From a virus (lineage: Duplodnaviria; Caudoviricetes): a stretch of DNA of 37,826 nucleotides. The translations under genes were made by a program, and so were the position numbers. Shown one piece after another: positions 18,701 to 26,774 of this stretch (the stretch's first letter is position 1; each line of letters opens with the position of its first letter). The stretch covers positions 1 through 37,826 of IMG/VR virus record IMGVR_UViG_3300031965_000362, one strand, 5' to 3'. Under the pieces are notes generated by a model, which had not been told where the DNA came from, did no database searches, and saw only the letters and a list, made by a program, of their open reading frames with translations.

Positions 18701-18998
18701 GCAGATGCGTCGCCAGATGACTCGCCTGGAGCAAGTCGTTCGGACTCTTCCTCCTGGACCAGCCCGGGATAATCTCATTGCAGTAATGGGAGCGACCTTT
18801 GGGACCACGGGTGAGCAGCTACTCGGAATCGACCCGGCCCTCCTTGGCCAGCCGTCGAAAGTCCGAAACGCCGCACGTACGGCTAATCTTGGCAAGCCCC
18901 GATTCAATGCTCGGACTGGCTTGTCAGCCTTTGATACTGTCAATCCGTCTAAGATCGGGCGTCAGCCGGGAGTGAACCTCCAACAGCCTCCGTTCTAA
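15735..18998 (+). CDS. Large internal virion / DNA ejection protein
   Basis: 1087 aa, GTG start coupled to the upstream stop, last gene of the virion operon. TLGLNPGSALKN and R...FEAG...EF.R..V..TQF segments recall large podovirus core proteins. Confidence 0.6.
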   Translation: MPIADPFQDVQPLGRQAELTDRPGLALENTFAGDLPAAWKSLFQPKELTENERNTLLKKWGLDKGPYAQVFKTLTNPVLIAALAVSHVFPIAAGNNIFKISKKVQSLAARVPVLRHIASMQGLFLGVKRTGSAVDFVDEFGAIVKNVNDFRGKHALGYSTALEAFRRESGKLPTKREQQIVSAWLDGLHKPLRGWQGKNGTIRLGSGETTQSLEAVGTLMPHLEERMSPALLRLAKGFRQTLDNQWGEVFSDVKGRRRILEAIRRQKSAGISDNVTDTMEMFLRDPKKVPDYFPRRLLQSEEDFRRLVSVLTESGSSKKFAQSAQRKISTWASPEVYKRQFNMLPSGAELSELGDLVDSSARERLNQVIKGRIVHQARVSGVRRSTLAMMSKVPLDELESQYPKLFQPAEAEKIATLLADHRPSEYSLKLMPVISQYNHTLAGTFAWTVKGGGENMVGMLNELTLRGKTDAVARWQGSILKDTYIPTIMGRGTFRNSMRAQMFSQATQQLAVKLESSPGIRKLLGDKATDSLLAGMKASKGAFSLQNLERKATGYFYLSTLGLNPGSALKNMLQLVLTTGPSIGYRTAAAGAGEAMRKSHKYFSLRLGPRSLSHEGALRQAYPEFAESGLVASPITEEAIQNTLMNAYEISALPSAGVKVADKIQRAMMSMFTASETAVRLSTFEAGMIHARRAQVPMGEAIEFSRRLVEKTQFLTGPHNTPLALVDKSPFVRQLTQFPLKMLEYATTTALTLGSGAINPRTGKEMNILGFNPGTFARMVAGSVLALELGEAVGWNTGDALIGGALPTFQPAGKILAPIPVVPPFFQVVGSAAAGLGSGDFTELARSTPLLVPGGTSLFRFMGLLPPGVPGAELGQEAARAFQRTHADYNQPAPDGRIAVFSGSGTLRGYYRPWELVRFGMGIKGGDIEKEQNLLQTLVKNRDMIREERQSYMDARFKNNAKEANQISSGFKQRFGFELPVTEKDMKAMQMRRQMTRLEQVVRTLPPGPARDNLIAVMGATFGTTGEQLLGIDPALLGQPSKVRNAARTANLGKPRFNARTGLSAFDTVNPSKIGRQPGVNLQQPPF

Positions 18999-19407
18999 TA
19001 ACGGGCTTAGGCCAGGGAAGCATACGATAGCCTCTTATCGGCCCTTCGTACCTGATTGTCCCCAGGCCCTTCTTCCGTAGATACGCACGTATCGTACGAA
19101 GAGCGGACGCGACACGACGCCCGCGGTATATTGGAACCTCCTGTGGATCAAACATCTCGTCTATAATGTAGTGGAGAGTCCGGGCCCTCCCGTCTTTCAT
19201 TAGCTCGAAAAGGTCATGGAGTTGAGTCCCGATCCTGTAAGGATTCTTGTTCGGGAGGAGGCCCGTTGTAGTAGTCGTTGTTTCCATTACGTTCTTCACT
19301 GCCTTTCTTAAGTCTTGCCACTCTTTCTCAGTGGCGGTGTAATCGAGATCGTTAAGATGTTCTTGGTGTTCCCTTACCCCTTGGACAAGGTCTTCCAAGT
19401 CCATCAC
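18949..19407 (-). CDS. Putative winged-helix DNA-binding protein, paralog A
   Basis: NPYRIGTQLHDLFELMKDGRARTL...RRVASALRTIR...GYRM closely matches ORF 36343-36732. Start overlaps the HD gene stop. Confidence 0.55.
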   Translation of the reverse strand: MMDLEDLVQGVREHQEHLNDLDYTATEKEWQDLRKAVKNVMETTTTTTGLLPNKNPYRIGTQLHDLFELMKDGRARTLHYIIDEMFDPQEVPIYRGRRVASALRTIRAYLRKKGLGTIRYEGPIRGYRMLPWPKPVIRTEAVGGSLPADARS

Positions 19408-20054
19408 ATTAAACCTTCACGTCCGCTCGCCGCCATCAGTTCCTCAAAACGACGCAGGAATGAGGTCTCCACATCACCGGGTTCCTGGTCTCCACATGTT
19501 CCTGCATACTCTATCGGGTCCCAGGGCTCCCACAACCCTCTAAGATGGACCAGGAACGCATAGCGGCCAAGCCACTTTTCGTTTAGCCCCAGGAACCCTT
19601 CCGCCTCAAAGACCGCCGCCGCCGTATCATACAGCTTTACGTCATCGGGTATCTTTTCAATCCCAAAACGCTCGTAGATTGTTGCGGTGATTGCAGCCTG
19701 GAGGTCCCGGTAGGCCGTATTGCCCCGGGACAGCAAGTACGCTTTCAAGGGCGAGGGGAGGTCATTAGTGTAAGCCTCGGCGGCGTCGTGGAGGAGGCCC
19801 ACCAATTTCCCTTCAGCAGAGGCGGGCATCTTTTCAGATACGAGGAGCGAGTGCTGAGCAACCGAGTAGAACAGGCTGGTGTGTCCGTTGAACCGACACA
19901 ACTGGGACAGGGACTTGGCGATATCCTCAATGTAGATGTGGTGTACCCCGAACCCTTCATAGGGGAATAGCCCCTCCGTGGCGGTACAGATGAAGGGGAC
20001 TCCGCTTTTAACCACCCCCAACTCAGTCCTTATTACATCATTCGCCTCCATCAT
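19404..20054 (-). CDS. HD-domain 5'-deoxynucleotidase-like phosphohydrolase (YfbR/YfdR family)
   Basis: IEDIA.SLS..CRFNGH...YSVAQHS and LLHDAAEAY..D.P.P.K motifs. Confidence 0.85.
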   Translation of the reverse strand: MMEANDVIRTELGVVKSGVPFICTATEGLFPYEGFGVHHIYIEDIAKSLSQLCRFNGHTSLFYSVAQHSLLVSEKMPASAEGKLVGLLHDAAEAYTNDLPSPLKAYLLSRGNTAYRDLQAAITATIYERFGIEKIPDDVKLYDTAAAVFEAEGFLGLNEKWLGRYAFLVHLRGLWEPWDPIEYAGTCGDQEPGDVETSFLRRFEELMAASGREGLM

Positions 20055-20322
20055 ATTCCCCCTTTTCCAAGATCATTAAGATGTCCTCCGGTTCAATTAA
20101 GATGAACGCTTTATCGTTCACCACCACGGGCATGGCACCGATGCTGCTGAACATTACGACCCCGCCTACGTGGAGGTCGTGGTCTACAACGTCAGGACCC
20201 ATCGCCACAATTGGACCGATCGGCAAAGTCTGAACCGATTGGTCTGGTAGGGCAATCCCTCCTCTAGTCTCCGACTTAGTTCTCATCGGGGTGACTAGAA
20301 TCTTCTTCCCCACTAACTTCAT
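20038..20322 (-). CDS. groES: Co-chaperonin GroES (Cpn10)
   Basis: MKLVGKKILV...ETRGGIALPD (mobile loop)...G.IVAMGP...VG..V.F...DIL.I. ATG 20322 has SD GAGGAGG; 94 aa. Confidence 0.9.
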   Translation of the reverse strand: MKLVGKKILVTPMRTKSETRGGIALPDQSVQTLPIGPIVAMGPDVVDHDLHVGGVVMFSSIGAMPVVVNDKAFILIEPEDILMILEKGEYDGGE

Positions 20323-20473
20323 TTTCGTCCTCCTCATAGTAGTCCCAACTGAGGTAGTCTGTATCCAGCTCATCAATTGGGTCGTCTGGAAAGTCGGGAG
20401 CCAGATGACATACACATCCATCCGGTTCGCGTCCACAATACATACATGGTTCATCGTAGTCGGCGGGACTCAT
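20276..20473 (-). CDS. Small Cys-rich acidic protein
   Basis: MSPADYDEPCMYCG..PDGCVCH. Start overlaps the helicase stop (ATGA). Confidence 0.5.
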   Translation of the reverse strand: MSPADYDEPCMYCGREPDGCVCHLAPDFPDDPIDELDTDYLSWDYYEEDENEVSGEEDSSHPDEN

Positions 20474-21669
20474 ACTATGCCCTCCATAAACCCGGTCAAT
20501 TCCACGTCGGCGGCAAAGTCGGGGTTCATACTGTACAGGCACCCACCGGCGACATTAAGGATGCCAATAATTGCCCACTGTTGAAGTTGACGGGAGAAGG
20601 AACTGTCAAGTAGTGCCTCCCCCCAGATGGTGTTCGAGTCCATCGGTGCCACCGCTGCCTCTTTGCTCCCCCGCCAAAGGGCCGCAAGAGCCCGGAGGTT
20701 CTCAGGGGGCATCGTGTCTTGAGCGATGCGGCGAACCAGATGGTAGTCGTCGTCGGTCCAAGCTGTACGCCCGTCGAAGATGACACGGCAGTCACCCCAT
20801 GAGGTAAGCTGTCCAACGAATCGACCCGGCCCCTCGGACAGGCTGGCATAGCTCCGCTCCGAGAGTGGTCCCGTCCGTACTGAGGTGGCGAGTGCGGCAA
20901 GCCGTCCCACCTTGAGGATGAACTGCTCCTCTTGAGTAACCTTGTATTCTTTCTTCCGAATCCGTTCAACGGCGTCATTGATGGCTCTCTTCACAGTTAC
21001 CTTGATCTTGGCCCGGAGGGCTGCCTTGACAAGTCGGTTGCCCCGTATAACGTGGTCAGCAATCGCTTGTCTGGCCGCGTATCCGCGTGTATGCCGACCT
21101 ATCCGGCATACCAGTGTCCGTTCTCCCAGGGTCTGGTTTGTTCGCCTGAACTCATCCAGCTTTTCGGTGCAGGCAGTAATGAGGCCGAAGTTCAGGTCGG
21201 TCTTTGTATCCAGTCCGATGTTGCCTGCGGCGGTTGTGTAGTCCCCGTCGTAGGCTGACCGCAGGTCGGCGAATATCTTATCCGACTTCTCCCTCCGCAT
21301 GTTAAGGAAGGTACTAAACTCTTTAATGACCAGGACCTTCGGCCCCCTTGGTTCCCTCCCGTCCGACAACTGGTAGAGCAGGGAGAAGTCCCGGTCCGGT
21401 TCGTCCGGGTTTCGCATGGCACTGGAGAAAGCGTTTTCCGTGAGGGTGTCCACCATGACAGTCCGATTCTGACCATCTTCAAGGGCACGAAGTATCTCCG
21501 TCTTTCCAATGGATGGAGGACCGCATAGGTCGCCCCATGCTTTCTCAACCGCTCCGGGAAGGAATCCCGTGAGATAGCTAGCCATCACGAAGTCCACCGG
21601 CATTAGTTCCTCCCCCTGCCATCCCATCAAATCGTGAAAGAGTCCTCTGAGCTTCTGCAAGGGTGACAT
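20470..21669 (-). CDS. AAA+ (MCM-like) replicative helicase with C-terminal winged helix
   Basis: Walker A GPPSIGKT, Walker B VLVIKE, LRSAYDG, candidate Arg finger LGER. Likely start ATG 21669 (MSPLQKL) with GGGGGA SD-like site. Confidence 0.7.
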   Translation of the reverse strand: MSPLQKLRGLFHDLMGWQGEELMPVDFVMASYLTGFLPGAVEKAWGDLCGPPSIGKTEILRALEDGQNRTVMVDTLTENAFSSAMRNPDEPDRDFSLLYQLSDGREPRGPKVLVIKEFSTFLNMRREKSDKIFADLRSAYDGDYTTAAGNIGLDTKTDLNFGLITACTEKLDEFRRTNQTLGERTLVCRIGRHTRGYAARQAIADHVIRGNRLVKAALRAKIKVTVKRAINDAVERIRKKEYKVTQEEQFILKVGRLAALATSVRTGPLSERSYASLSEGPGRFVGQLTSWGDCRVIFDGRTAWTDDDYHLVRRIAQDTMPPENLRALAALWRGSKEAAVAPMDSNTIWGEALLDSSFSRQLQQWAIIGILNVAGGCLYSMNPDFAADVELTGFMEGIV

Positions 21670-22153
21670 TAAACGTACTATCCCCCGGAGTAATGATAGT
21701 CTTCGGCTTCTGCGTCTCCGGCTCTTTGCGGAGAGAGATCGCCTGGAGGGTGAAGACAGCAAACCCTCCTTCCACATCATGGATACAACTACCCGTGTAC
21801 TGCCCCGTCGGCAGGGGGTGAGTTTGTTTGTCACTGAAGCGTTTACGAATCCGCACCTCTAGTTCTCCAGTTTTCCGGTGGTAGACCCTGGCCCTTTTCA
21901 TGGGCATCCCTTTGGCTACCCAAGGGGTACGTCGCCCCGGCAACAGGAACAAGACGCGGATGAGCGTAAAGTTGTCGTCCTCGTTGGGCTGCTCGATACC
22001 GAGCAATACGAACTTGGCCCCCCAGTTACTAACGATATCGGGCTGTCCCCGCCTACCAACCCGCAAAGTAAAGGGGCCTATGCCCGGTAGTTGATGACCA
22101 CGGGGGTGTAACCGCCCGCTAATAACCATCGTATTATGGTCAGTCGTTTTCAT
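21578..22153 (-). CDS. Hypothetical protein
   Basis: 191-aa ORF in operon orientation, start overlapping the upstream gene end. Confidence 0.55.
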   Translation of the reverse strand: MKTTDHNTMVISGRLHPRGHQLPGIGPFTLRVGRRGQPDIVSNWGAKFVLLGIEQPNEDDNFTLIRVLFLLPGRRTPWVAKGMPMKRARVYHRKTGELEVRIRKRFSDKQTHPLPTGQYTGSCIHDVEGGFAVFTLQAISLRKEPETQKPKTIITPGDSTFNVTLAEAQRTLSRFDGMAGGGTNAGGLRDG

Positions 22154-22526
22154 TCTTCTTCGTCCTCTTCGCCCTCTTCGCCCTCTTCTCCTCAGCTACT
22201 GCGGCTTCGGTGAGGGCTGTAACTTCTTCTGCCAGCTTACGAGTCCCTTCATCCGTAAAGTCCATGACGGGAGGGGGAGCGGGCAGGTGGTCTTCCCAGA
22301 CATCCCACGCAGCTTGGTTCTGTTCCTTAGTACTTGTCCACCCCCTACCGCATTTGCCACAAACAGTCCAAACACTCCACAGGTGTGTTAGAAAGAGGGA
22401 CCCTTTACCGTGCTTGCCCACGTCAGCCGGGGAGCCTATTCTACGTAGGTCACACTCAATTTCCGTATGGTATTGTCTGTGCATCGCCCAACAAACGATA
22501 CTCTTGAACCACTTTATTACCACCAT
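22140..22526 (-). CDS. Hypothetical Zn-binding protein (C..H...CxxC)
   Basis: IVCWAMH...VCGKCG. Start uncertain; ATG 22526 is downstream of the hairpin. Confidence 0.5.
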   Translation of the reverse strand: MVVIKWFKSIVCWAMHRQYHTEIECDLRRIGSPADVGKHGKGSLFLTHLWSVWTVCGKCGRGWTSTKEQNQAAWDVWEDHLPAPPPVMDFTDEGTRKLAEEVTALTEAAVAEEKRAKRAKRTKKNEND

Positions 22527-22579
22527 CGTCTCAACCCATCCCGTTTTCTTGTACACTTCATGTCCTACCCCCGGGGGAA

Positions 22580-22629
22580 GGGGGGCCAACCCACACCAGG
22601 CGGACGGCCCCCCCTACTCATTCCCATTA
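22580..22629 (-). promoter_or_regulatory. Motif copy 4 (TAATGGGAATGAG, 22617-22629) followed by a GC-rich hairpin
   Basis: Immediately after the SSB stop. GGGGGGCC...GGCCCCCC stem at 22580-22614 with no U-tract. Confidence 0.7.
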
Positions 22630-22632
22630 CAA

Positions 22633-23115
22633 TTAGACGGATTCGTTAACCACTACACTGTCCGTGGCCGTCAAGAGCCGGAGGAACCGAATGTTCGGGT
22701 ACACCTTGCCGGTTTTCTTCGAGGTAGTCCGGTAGACTTGGAGGGTGAGGAACTCGCCCGCCGAACCGTTCACTATCTCCGCCGCCTCCAGAGGGATGCG
22801 GGTCTCAGACCCAATCAGGCAGGTGGCAAACCGACAGAGGTTCTTCACGCTGATTGAGGGGTCCTTCATGTGGCCACCCTGAATGTAGTAGAAGTCGGTG
22901 AACGTACGTCCCTTGAACTCGCCATCGAGGATGCCGAACGTCGGCTTGATCCAGGCATTGTTTACACCGTTCTTTTCCTTGACACCGGCGGTCACTTCGG
23001 CCACCAGCACGTCGTACTCGCCGTCCGGCGGTGTCCAACCGTCGTCCGACAGGTCCATGTTTGCACAAGCTTCGCTACATCCGGCTAGAACTTCCAGAAA
23101 AGCATCATCAGACAT
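22633..23115 (-). CDS. Single-stranded DNA-binding protein (DUF669-like)
   Basis: W.PPDGEYDV.V, ILDGEFKGRTF.D and K.YPNI motifs; directly downstream of the Sak4-like ATPase. Confidence 0.7.
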   Translation of the reverse strand: MSDDAFLEVLAGCSEACANMDLSDDGWTPPDGEYDVLVAEVTAGVKEKNGVNNAWIKPTFGILDGEFKGRTFTDFYYIQGGHMKDPSISVKNLCRFATCLIGSETRIPLEAAEIVNGSAGEFLTLQVYRTTSKKTGKVYPNIRFLRLLTATDSVVVNESV

Positions 23116-24010
23116 CTTTTTCTCCCTTTGTGAGGAGGACTACTGCCGCCTCATACGCCTTGGTGAACAAGTCCCACCCGCCGACCTTCGGCAGGATTAT
23201 TTCATCTTGTAATGGAACTCTCACCTTTACATCATTCGTTTCCGACCCTCGCCATAGCCCGCCTGGGCTGGTCTTTATCTTCCGGCACTTCTGTGCCGTG
23301 GGCGTGCCCCTTCTCGTTATTGTTTTCCCTCCTACTATCTTCACTTCGTCCTTACCCGGTATCATGTTTACGCCGTGTTCTATGAACATCATGTGTTCAC
23401 ACTTCTGGAACACGGCCCCTTTGAACGAGTTGGACACCGCCAGGCCCGAAAGTTGTCTCTCTTCGCCACCTACTCGTACCGTCTTTACTTGAGTGTGGGC
23501 AATGATGGCCCACCCCAGACCGGCTCGATGAATCTTATCGAGCATCCCAAAGATGGACTTTCGGACGATTGTGTACCCGTTACCCGAACCATCGTTCAAG
23601 TCGATGGGGTCCAGGACGCCCTTCCGCAGGCAGATTGCCGTCAGGAAGATGTCCACGAACTCATCAAGGGTGTCAAGGGCAATCATCTTAATGTCGTTCG
23701 CACCCTTTAATTTACGTGCAATGAGCTTATCCACAAAATCCGTATAGGCAGTGTCCAACTGGGACGGGTCCGTCTCAGGTGGGGGGGTGAACCGCAAGGC
23801 TCTGGGGTCAGCAGCGGTATCACCCCCCCGTTCGGGGTCGAGGGATAGGAGAAACGGATTACTGTTTAGGAAGGTGGACTTCCCCGCACCCGGCTCCCCT
23901 GAGATTACGATCCGGGCGGCCAGCACATCGGGAATAACAAAGCCCGACCTCATCCCGTCAATTCCTTGTAGGTCCTTGGGTATCTCTCTATTCGATATTA
24001 TTGACCGCAT
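23108..24010 (-). CDS. AAA_24 / Sak4-like recombination ATPase
   Basis: Walker A GEPGAGKST, LDPERG, Walker B IALDTLD, IIAH. Flanked by SSB and a Cas4-like nuclease. Confidence 0.75.
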   Translation of the reverse strand: MRSIISNREIPKDLQGIDGMRSGFVIPDVLAARIVISGEPGAGKSTFLNSNPFLLSLDPERGGDTAADPRALRFTPPPETDPSQLDTAYTDFVDKLIARKLKGANDIKMIALDTLDEFVDIFLTAICLRKGVLDPIDLNDGSGNGYTIVRKSIFGMLDKIHRAGLGWAIIAHTQVKTVRVGGEERQLSGLAVSNSFKGAVFQKCEHMMFIEHGVNMIPGKDEVKIVGGKTITRRGTPTAQKCRKIKTSPGGLWRGSETNDVKVRVPLQDEIILPKVGGWDLFTKAYEAAVVLLTKGEKDV

Positions 24011-24251
24011 CCTCCACCTCCCTACCTTCCGGTGGTAGCGTCTTCTCTTTCGGCAGTAAACCGTATGCTGCCAACATGTCCGTGCTCAAACGGGCAAAGT
24101 CGATACAGGACCTGACTAATTTGGCCGCCTCTCTCGCCTCAAACTTACCACCATTCTTAAGGTAGTGTGTAACCGCCTCATTTATGAAGTCTCCAGCCCT
24201 CCATCTAAAGTCCTCCATGTAGGCTTCGCCTATCTCATTTTGTTTCGTCAT
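23988..24251 (-). CDS. Hypothetical protein
   Basis: 87-aa ORF overlapping both neighbours in the operon. Confidence 0.5.
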   Translation of the reverse strand: MTKQNEIGEAYMEDFRWRAGDFINEAVTHYLKNGGKFEAREAAKLVRSCIDFARLSTDMLAAYGLLPKEKTLPPEGREVEDAVNNIE

Positions 24252-24468
24252 TAGTTAATTTCTCCCCTGGAAAAGTGACATGTTTCATACATACGGGGCA
24301 GAAGGTGCCGACCTCCGTGAACGAGAGGCCCCCGTCCTCCTCCCCGGTGTTTACTTCGCTCATTATGTCAGCGGCGTGGATACCGATATAGCACAGTAAT
24401 CGGTGGACCCACCATGACAGGGTGCGTACAATAGCACGCTTAGACATCTTCATTATTGTCCTCCTCAT
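24235..24468 (-). CDS. Small hypothetical Zn-binding protein (LLC.IG.H...CPVC)
   Basis: Coupled ORF with a C..H...CxxC pattern. Confidence 0.5.
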   Translation of the reverse strand: MRRTIMKMSKRAIVRTLSWWVHRLLCYIGIHAADIMSEVNTGEEDGGLSFTEVGTFCPVCMKHVTFPGEKLTNDETK

Positions 24469-25636
24469 CTTCTCGGAACCTTATATCGTACCTCTGTTCT
24501 ATTACGTCGGGCCACATGGCGGGGTCACTGTTACAGAGCGACATGAACGGACAGACCCGATTGTACTGAAGGCAGGCTGACTCGCCTACACGGTAGAAGT
24601 GGTCTATGTTCGGGGATGCGTGAGCGGCCTTACAGAACTGTTTCAGTCGGCCCCACAATTCTGAGGTCATTAAGGGCTTGTTGAAACGGTTCGGGTCCAG
24701 GATGAGGGGGGGATTCTCTGGGTCCTTGGCCTCGGCGTCCTTGTACCACTCTATTAGGCGGTCAATGTAGGCCGCAAAGGTGGCATCCTTCTTGCAGAAC
24801 TTAATCCCCGGCTTCTTTATGACTGCGTGCATCGAGCCAATCACCGTGTACTTCGGGTACTTCTCCGGGTCCTCCTCATGCCACAAGTCCAGGTGGGTCT
24901 GTAGGCAGAGCCGGTAGATGGCAAGCTGGGCACTAATCTTCGTCGGGATCGCCCGCTTGCGGGGGTCGAAGGAGGTGGTCTTGTAGTCCACGATCCAGAC
25001 GTTTGTTGTGCCCTTCTCCATGAGGGCCACGTCACAAGGGGTGCGGATGGGGCGACTCAATCCCGGATATTCACACTCCAGGAGAGTCTCAACCATGGGT
25101 TCCCCATCCGGGGTACGAAGGACCTCGTACTTATCTTTCGGAAACGGGACGAACGACCAGAAGGCCAGGCCGGTAGCCCGTGCCTTGTGGTAGTCTTCCT
25201 CAAGTTTCTTCAGCGTAGACTCCAGGGCTTCTCCGGTTGGGAGGAAGCCATCGGGACCAGCCTGGCCGATTAGTTTCTGTTGTTCCGTTTGGAGGAGACG
25301 CTGACATACCTCAAGGGCCTCTTCCGCTGTTTGGCCCATGAAGAGGGACTGAAGAACCTTATGAACGATCGTACCCATCGTAAGAGCCGACTCGTACCTG
25401 CGGGGGGTGATCCCCAGTTTGTACTCATAGAGAAACTTCCTTGGGCAATGGTCCAATGTCTGGAGGGGTGTGGACCTTATTAGAGGCTTACGGATATCCT
25501 TGAAGATATCCACCGTACTCTTTGGTACGTTCCATCCCATCTTCCCGCCTTCGTGTGCCTTCTGAATAGTTCGGCACTTTGCGGTCATGGGCACAGTCCT
25601 TGTGTTGACTGCCGGTTCTTTATCCAGGCTATCCAC
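24440..25636 (-). CDS. PD-(D/E)XK Cas4/RecB-like exonuclease
   Basis: CPRKFLYEY, GTIVH, D.......IVDYKT, QL.IY and C-terminal C..YN..CPF..LC (Fe-S cysteines). Confidence 0.85.
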   Translation of the reverse strand: MDSLDKEPAVNTRTVPMTAKCRTIQKAHEGGKMGWNVPKSTVDIFKDIRKPLIRSTPLQTLDHCPRKFLYEYKLGITPRRYESALTMGTIVHKVLQSLFMGQTAEEALEVCQRLLQTEQQKLIGQAGPDGFLPTGEALESTLKKLEEDYHKARATGLAFWSFVPFPKDKYEVLRTPDGEPMVETLLECEYPGLSRPIRTPCDVALMEKGTTNVWIVDYKTTSFDPRKRAIPTKISAQLAIYRLCLQTHLDLWHEEDPEKYPKYTVIGSMHAVIKKPGIKFCKKDATFAAYIDRLIEWYKDAEAKDPENPPLILDPNRFNKPLMTSELWGRLKQFCKAAHASPNIDHFYRVGESACLQYNRVCPFMSLCNSDPAMWPDVIEQRYDIRFREDEEDNNEDV

Positions 25637-26027
25637 GAGTCATCCCTCCTTCGTTAATCTTAGCATTTAATTCGTTGAAAGTCAAGGCGGGAGTTGGGAT
25701 TCTTTTCTCTCCCCGGTCGTCCAGTTCTCGACACTCCGATTCATAATACATTAGGAACATGGCGTTGCAAACGATAGCCGCCAGATGGTCCTCCACCTCG
25801 TCTTGATCCAACCATTGGAAGATATGGCGAATCAGACTATCGGCGGTTCGGCAGAAGGGCATCCCCTTTGTCCAGTTGTTCTTGCCGTAGTGCTTCTCAC
25901 CCTTCGCCAGATGCACCGCTGTCCGATGAATCAGCGTGGACGTGATTAGGGAGGGGCGTCCTTTTCCGTCGTCGGTGTCCCTGGTTGCCCCTGTATCGAA
26001 CTCATCTTTTCTATCACCACGTCGCAT
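25629..26027 (-). CDS. dATP/dGTP diphosphohydrolase-domain protein (DUF5664-like)
   Basis: F.TGA.RD...GK.R..LI, G..HYG.NNW.KG, S..RH, EDHLAA...NA.FL. Confidence 0.8.
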   Translation of the reverse strand: MRRGDRKDEFDTGATRDTDDGKGRPSLITSTLIHRTAVHLAKGEKHYGKNNWTKGMPFCRTADSLIRHIFQWLDQDEVEDHLAAIVCNAMFLMYYESECRELDDRGEKRIPTPALTFNELNAKINEGGMTRG

Positions 26028-26587
26028 TGCGTATAGTCCTCCTCTTTATGGTAAGCGTGGGCCAACATTAGCCGGAGCATGAGTTCGCCCACCGTTTGTT
26101 TCTGTTGTACGGTCTTGACGGAACCGCATAACAATAACCTGAAACCAAACCGCTCGATTAGGGCGGCCAATGCGTCAATCACCCTCGCCGGTTCTTGGAC
26201 CCACTGTTCGGCCTTTCGTAGCTCGGCGGGGGTACACTCCAACATGAGGTACGGGTTCGCCGTGGCCAAGGACAATTTCCCGAACGCACGATTCGCCCTC
26301 GCCCAGTCATCACTGAGTAGGTTCTGAGCAAGCTCCCTGAGGGACCCCTTCCTCTCAATGATGCAGCGGTCCTCGAATCCTGCCAAGGCGTAGTCACCAG
26401 CAGGGAGTACCTTGGTCTGAGTCCTAACCAGGACCTGCTGGCCCTTCGCCCCCCTACTTGGGTACCACCTAATCGTCTTAGGGAACCGCAAGGGTCTCTT
26501 CTCATTCCTATCAATTGTTACTGTTACCTTAATCCGGGGTCTCCCCGTCTTCGTAACAGACACTCTCCAGGTCGCACACTCGGTCAA
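25946..26587 (-). CDS. ERCC4/XPF-family structure-specific nuclease (probable junction resolvase)
   Basis: ID.NE..P, L.AGDY and IERKGS..EL motifs. Start codon uncertain. Confidence 0.8.
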   Translation of the reverse strand: MTECATWRVSVTKTGRPRIKVTVTIDRNEKRPLRFPKTIRWYPSRGAKGQQVLVRTQTKVLPAGDYALAGFEDRCIIERKGSLRELAQNLLSDDWARANRAFGKLSLATANPYLMLECTPAELRKAEQWVQEPARVIDALAALIERFGFRLLLCGSVKTVQQKQTVGELMLRLMLAHAYHKEEDYTQCDVVIEKMSSIQGQPGTPTTEKDAPP

Positions 26588-26774
26588 TCGTGCTTAGCAT
26601 CGTGTCTTTAATCGACTTCAACTGACGCTCCACTTCCTGTGTTACTGCTTCCTGAATCTTGTCCGCCAGGGTCGCCGCTATCTCCTGAGACTTCAGCGTC
26701 CGCAGGGCCTCCACCTGTTGTCGGCGAGTAATCGGTTGTGGTTCGCCCCCCCGGGGATTCCGCTTGGTTCCCAT
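26529..26774 (-). CDS. Hypothetical coiled-coil protein
   Basis: 81 aa with SD GAGGAG upstream. Confidence 0.5.
   Translation of the reverse strand: MGTKRNPRGGEPQPITRRQQVEALRTLKSQEIAATLADKIQEAVTQEVERQLKSIKDTMLSTIDRVCDLESVCYEDGETPD

Noticed and set aside
21670-21834. Longer helicase N-terminus from the ORF track
   Set aside because: It overlaps deeply with ORF 21578-22153; ATG 21669 has an SD-like site.
22210-22857. 215-aa plus-strand ORF
   Set aside because: It is antisense to coupled minus-strand genes and has no motif support.
24440-25636. Cas4-like gene as evidence of a CRISPR system
   Set aside because: No repeat-spacer array or other cas genes; it sits in a Sak4/SSB recombination module.
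19404-26027. 2-aminoadenine (Z) genome biosynthesis cluster
   Set aside because: No PurZ/adenylosuccinate synthetase-like ORF is in the window, and the hydrolases alone are not diagnostic.
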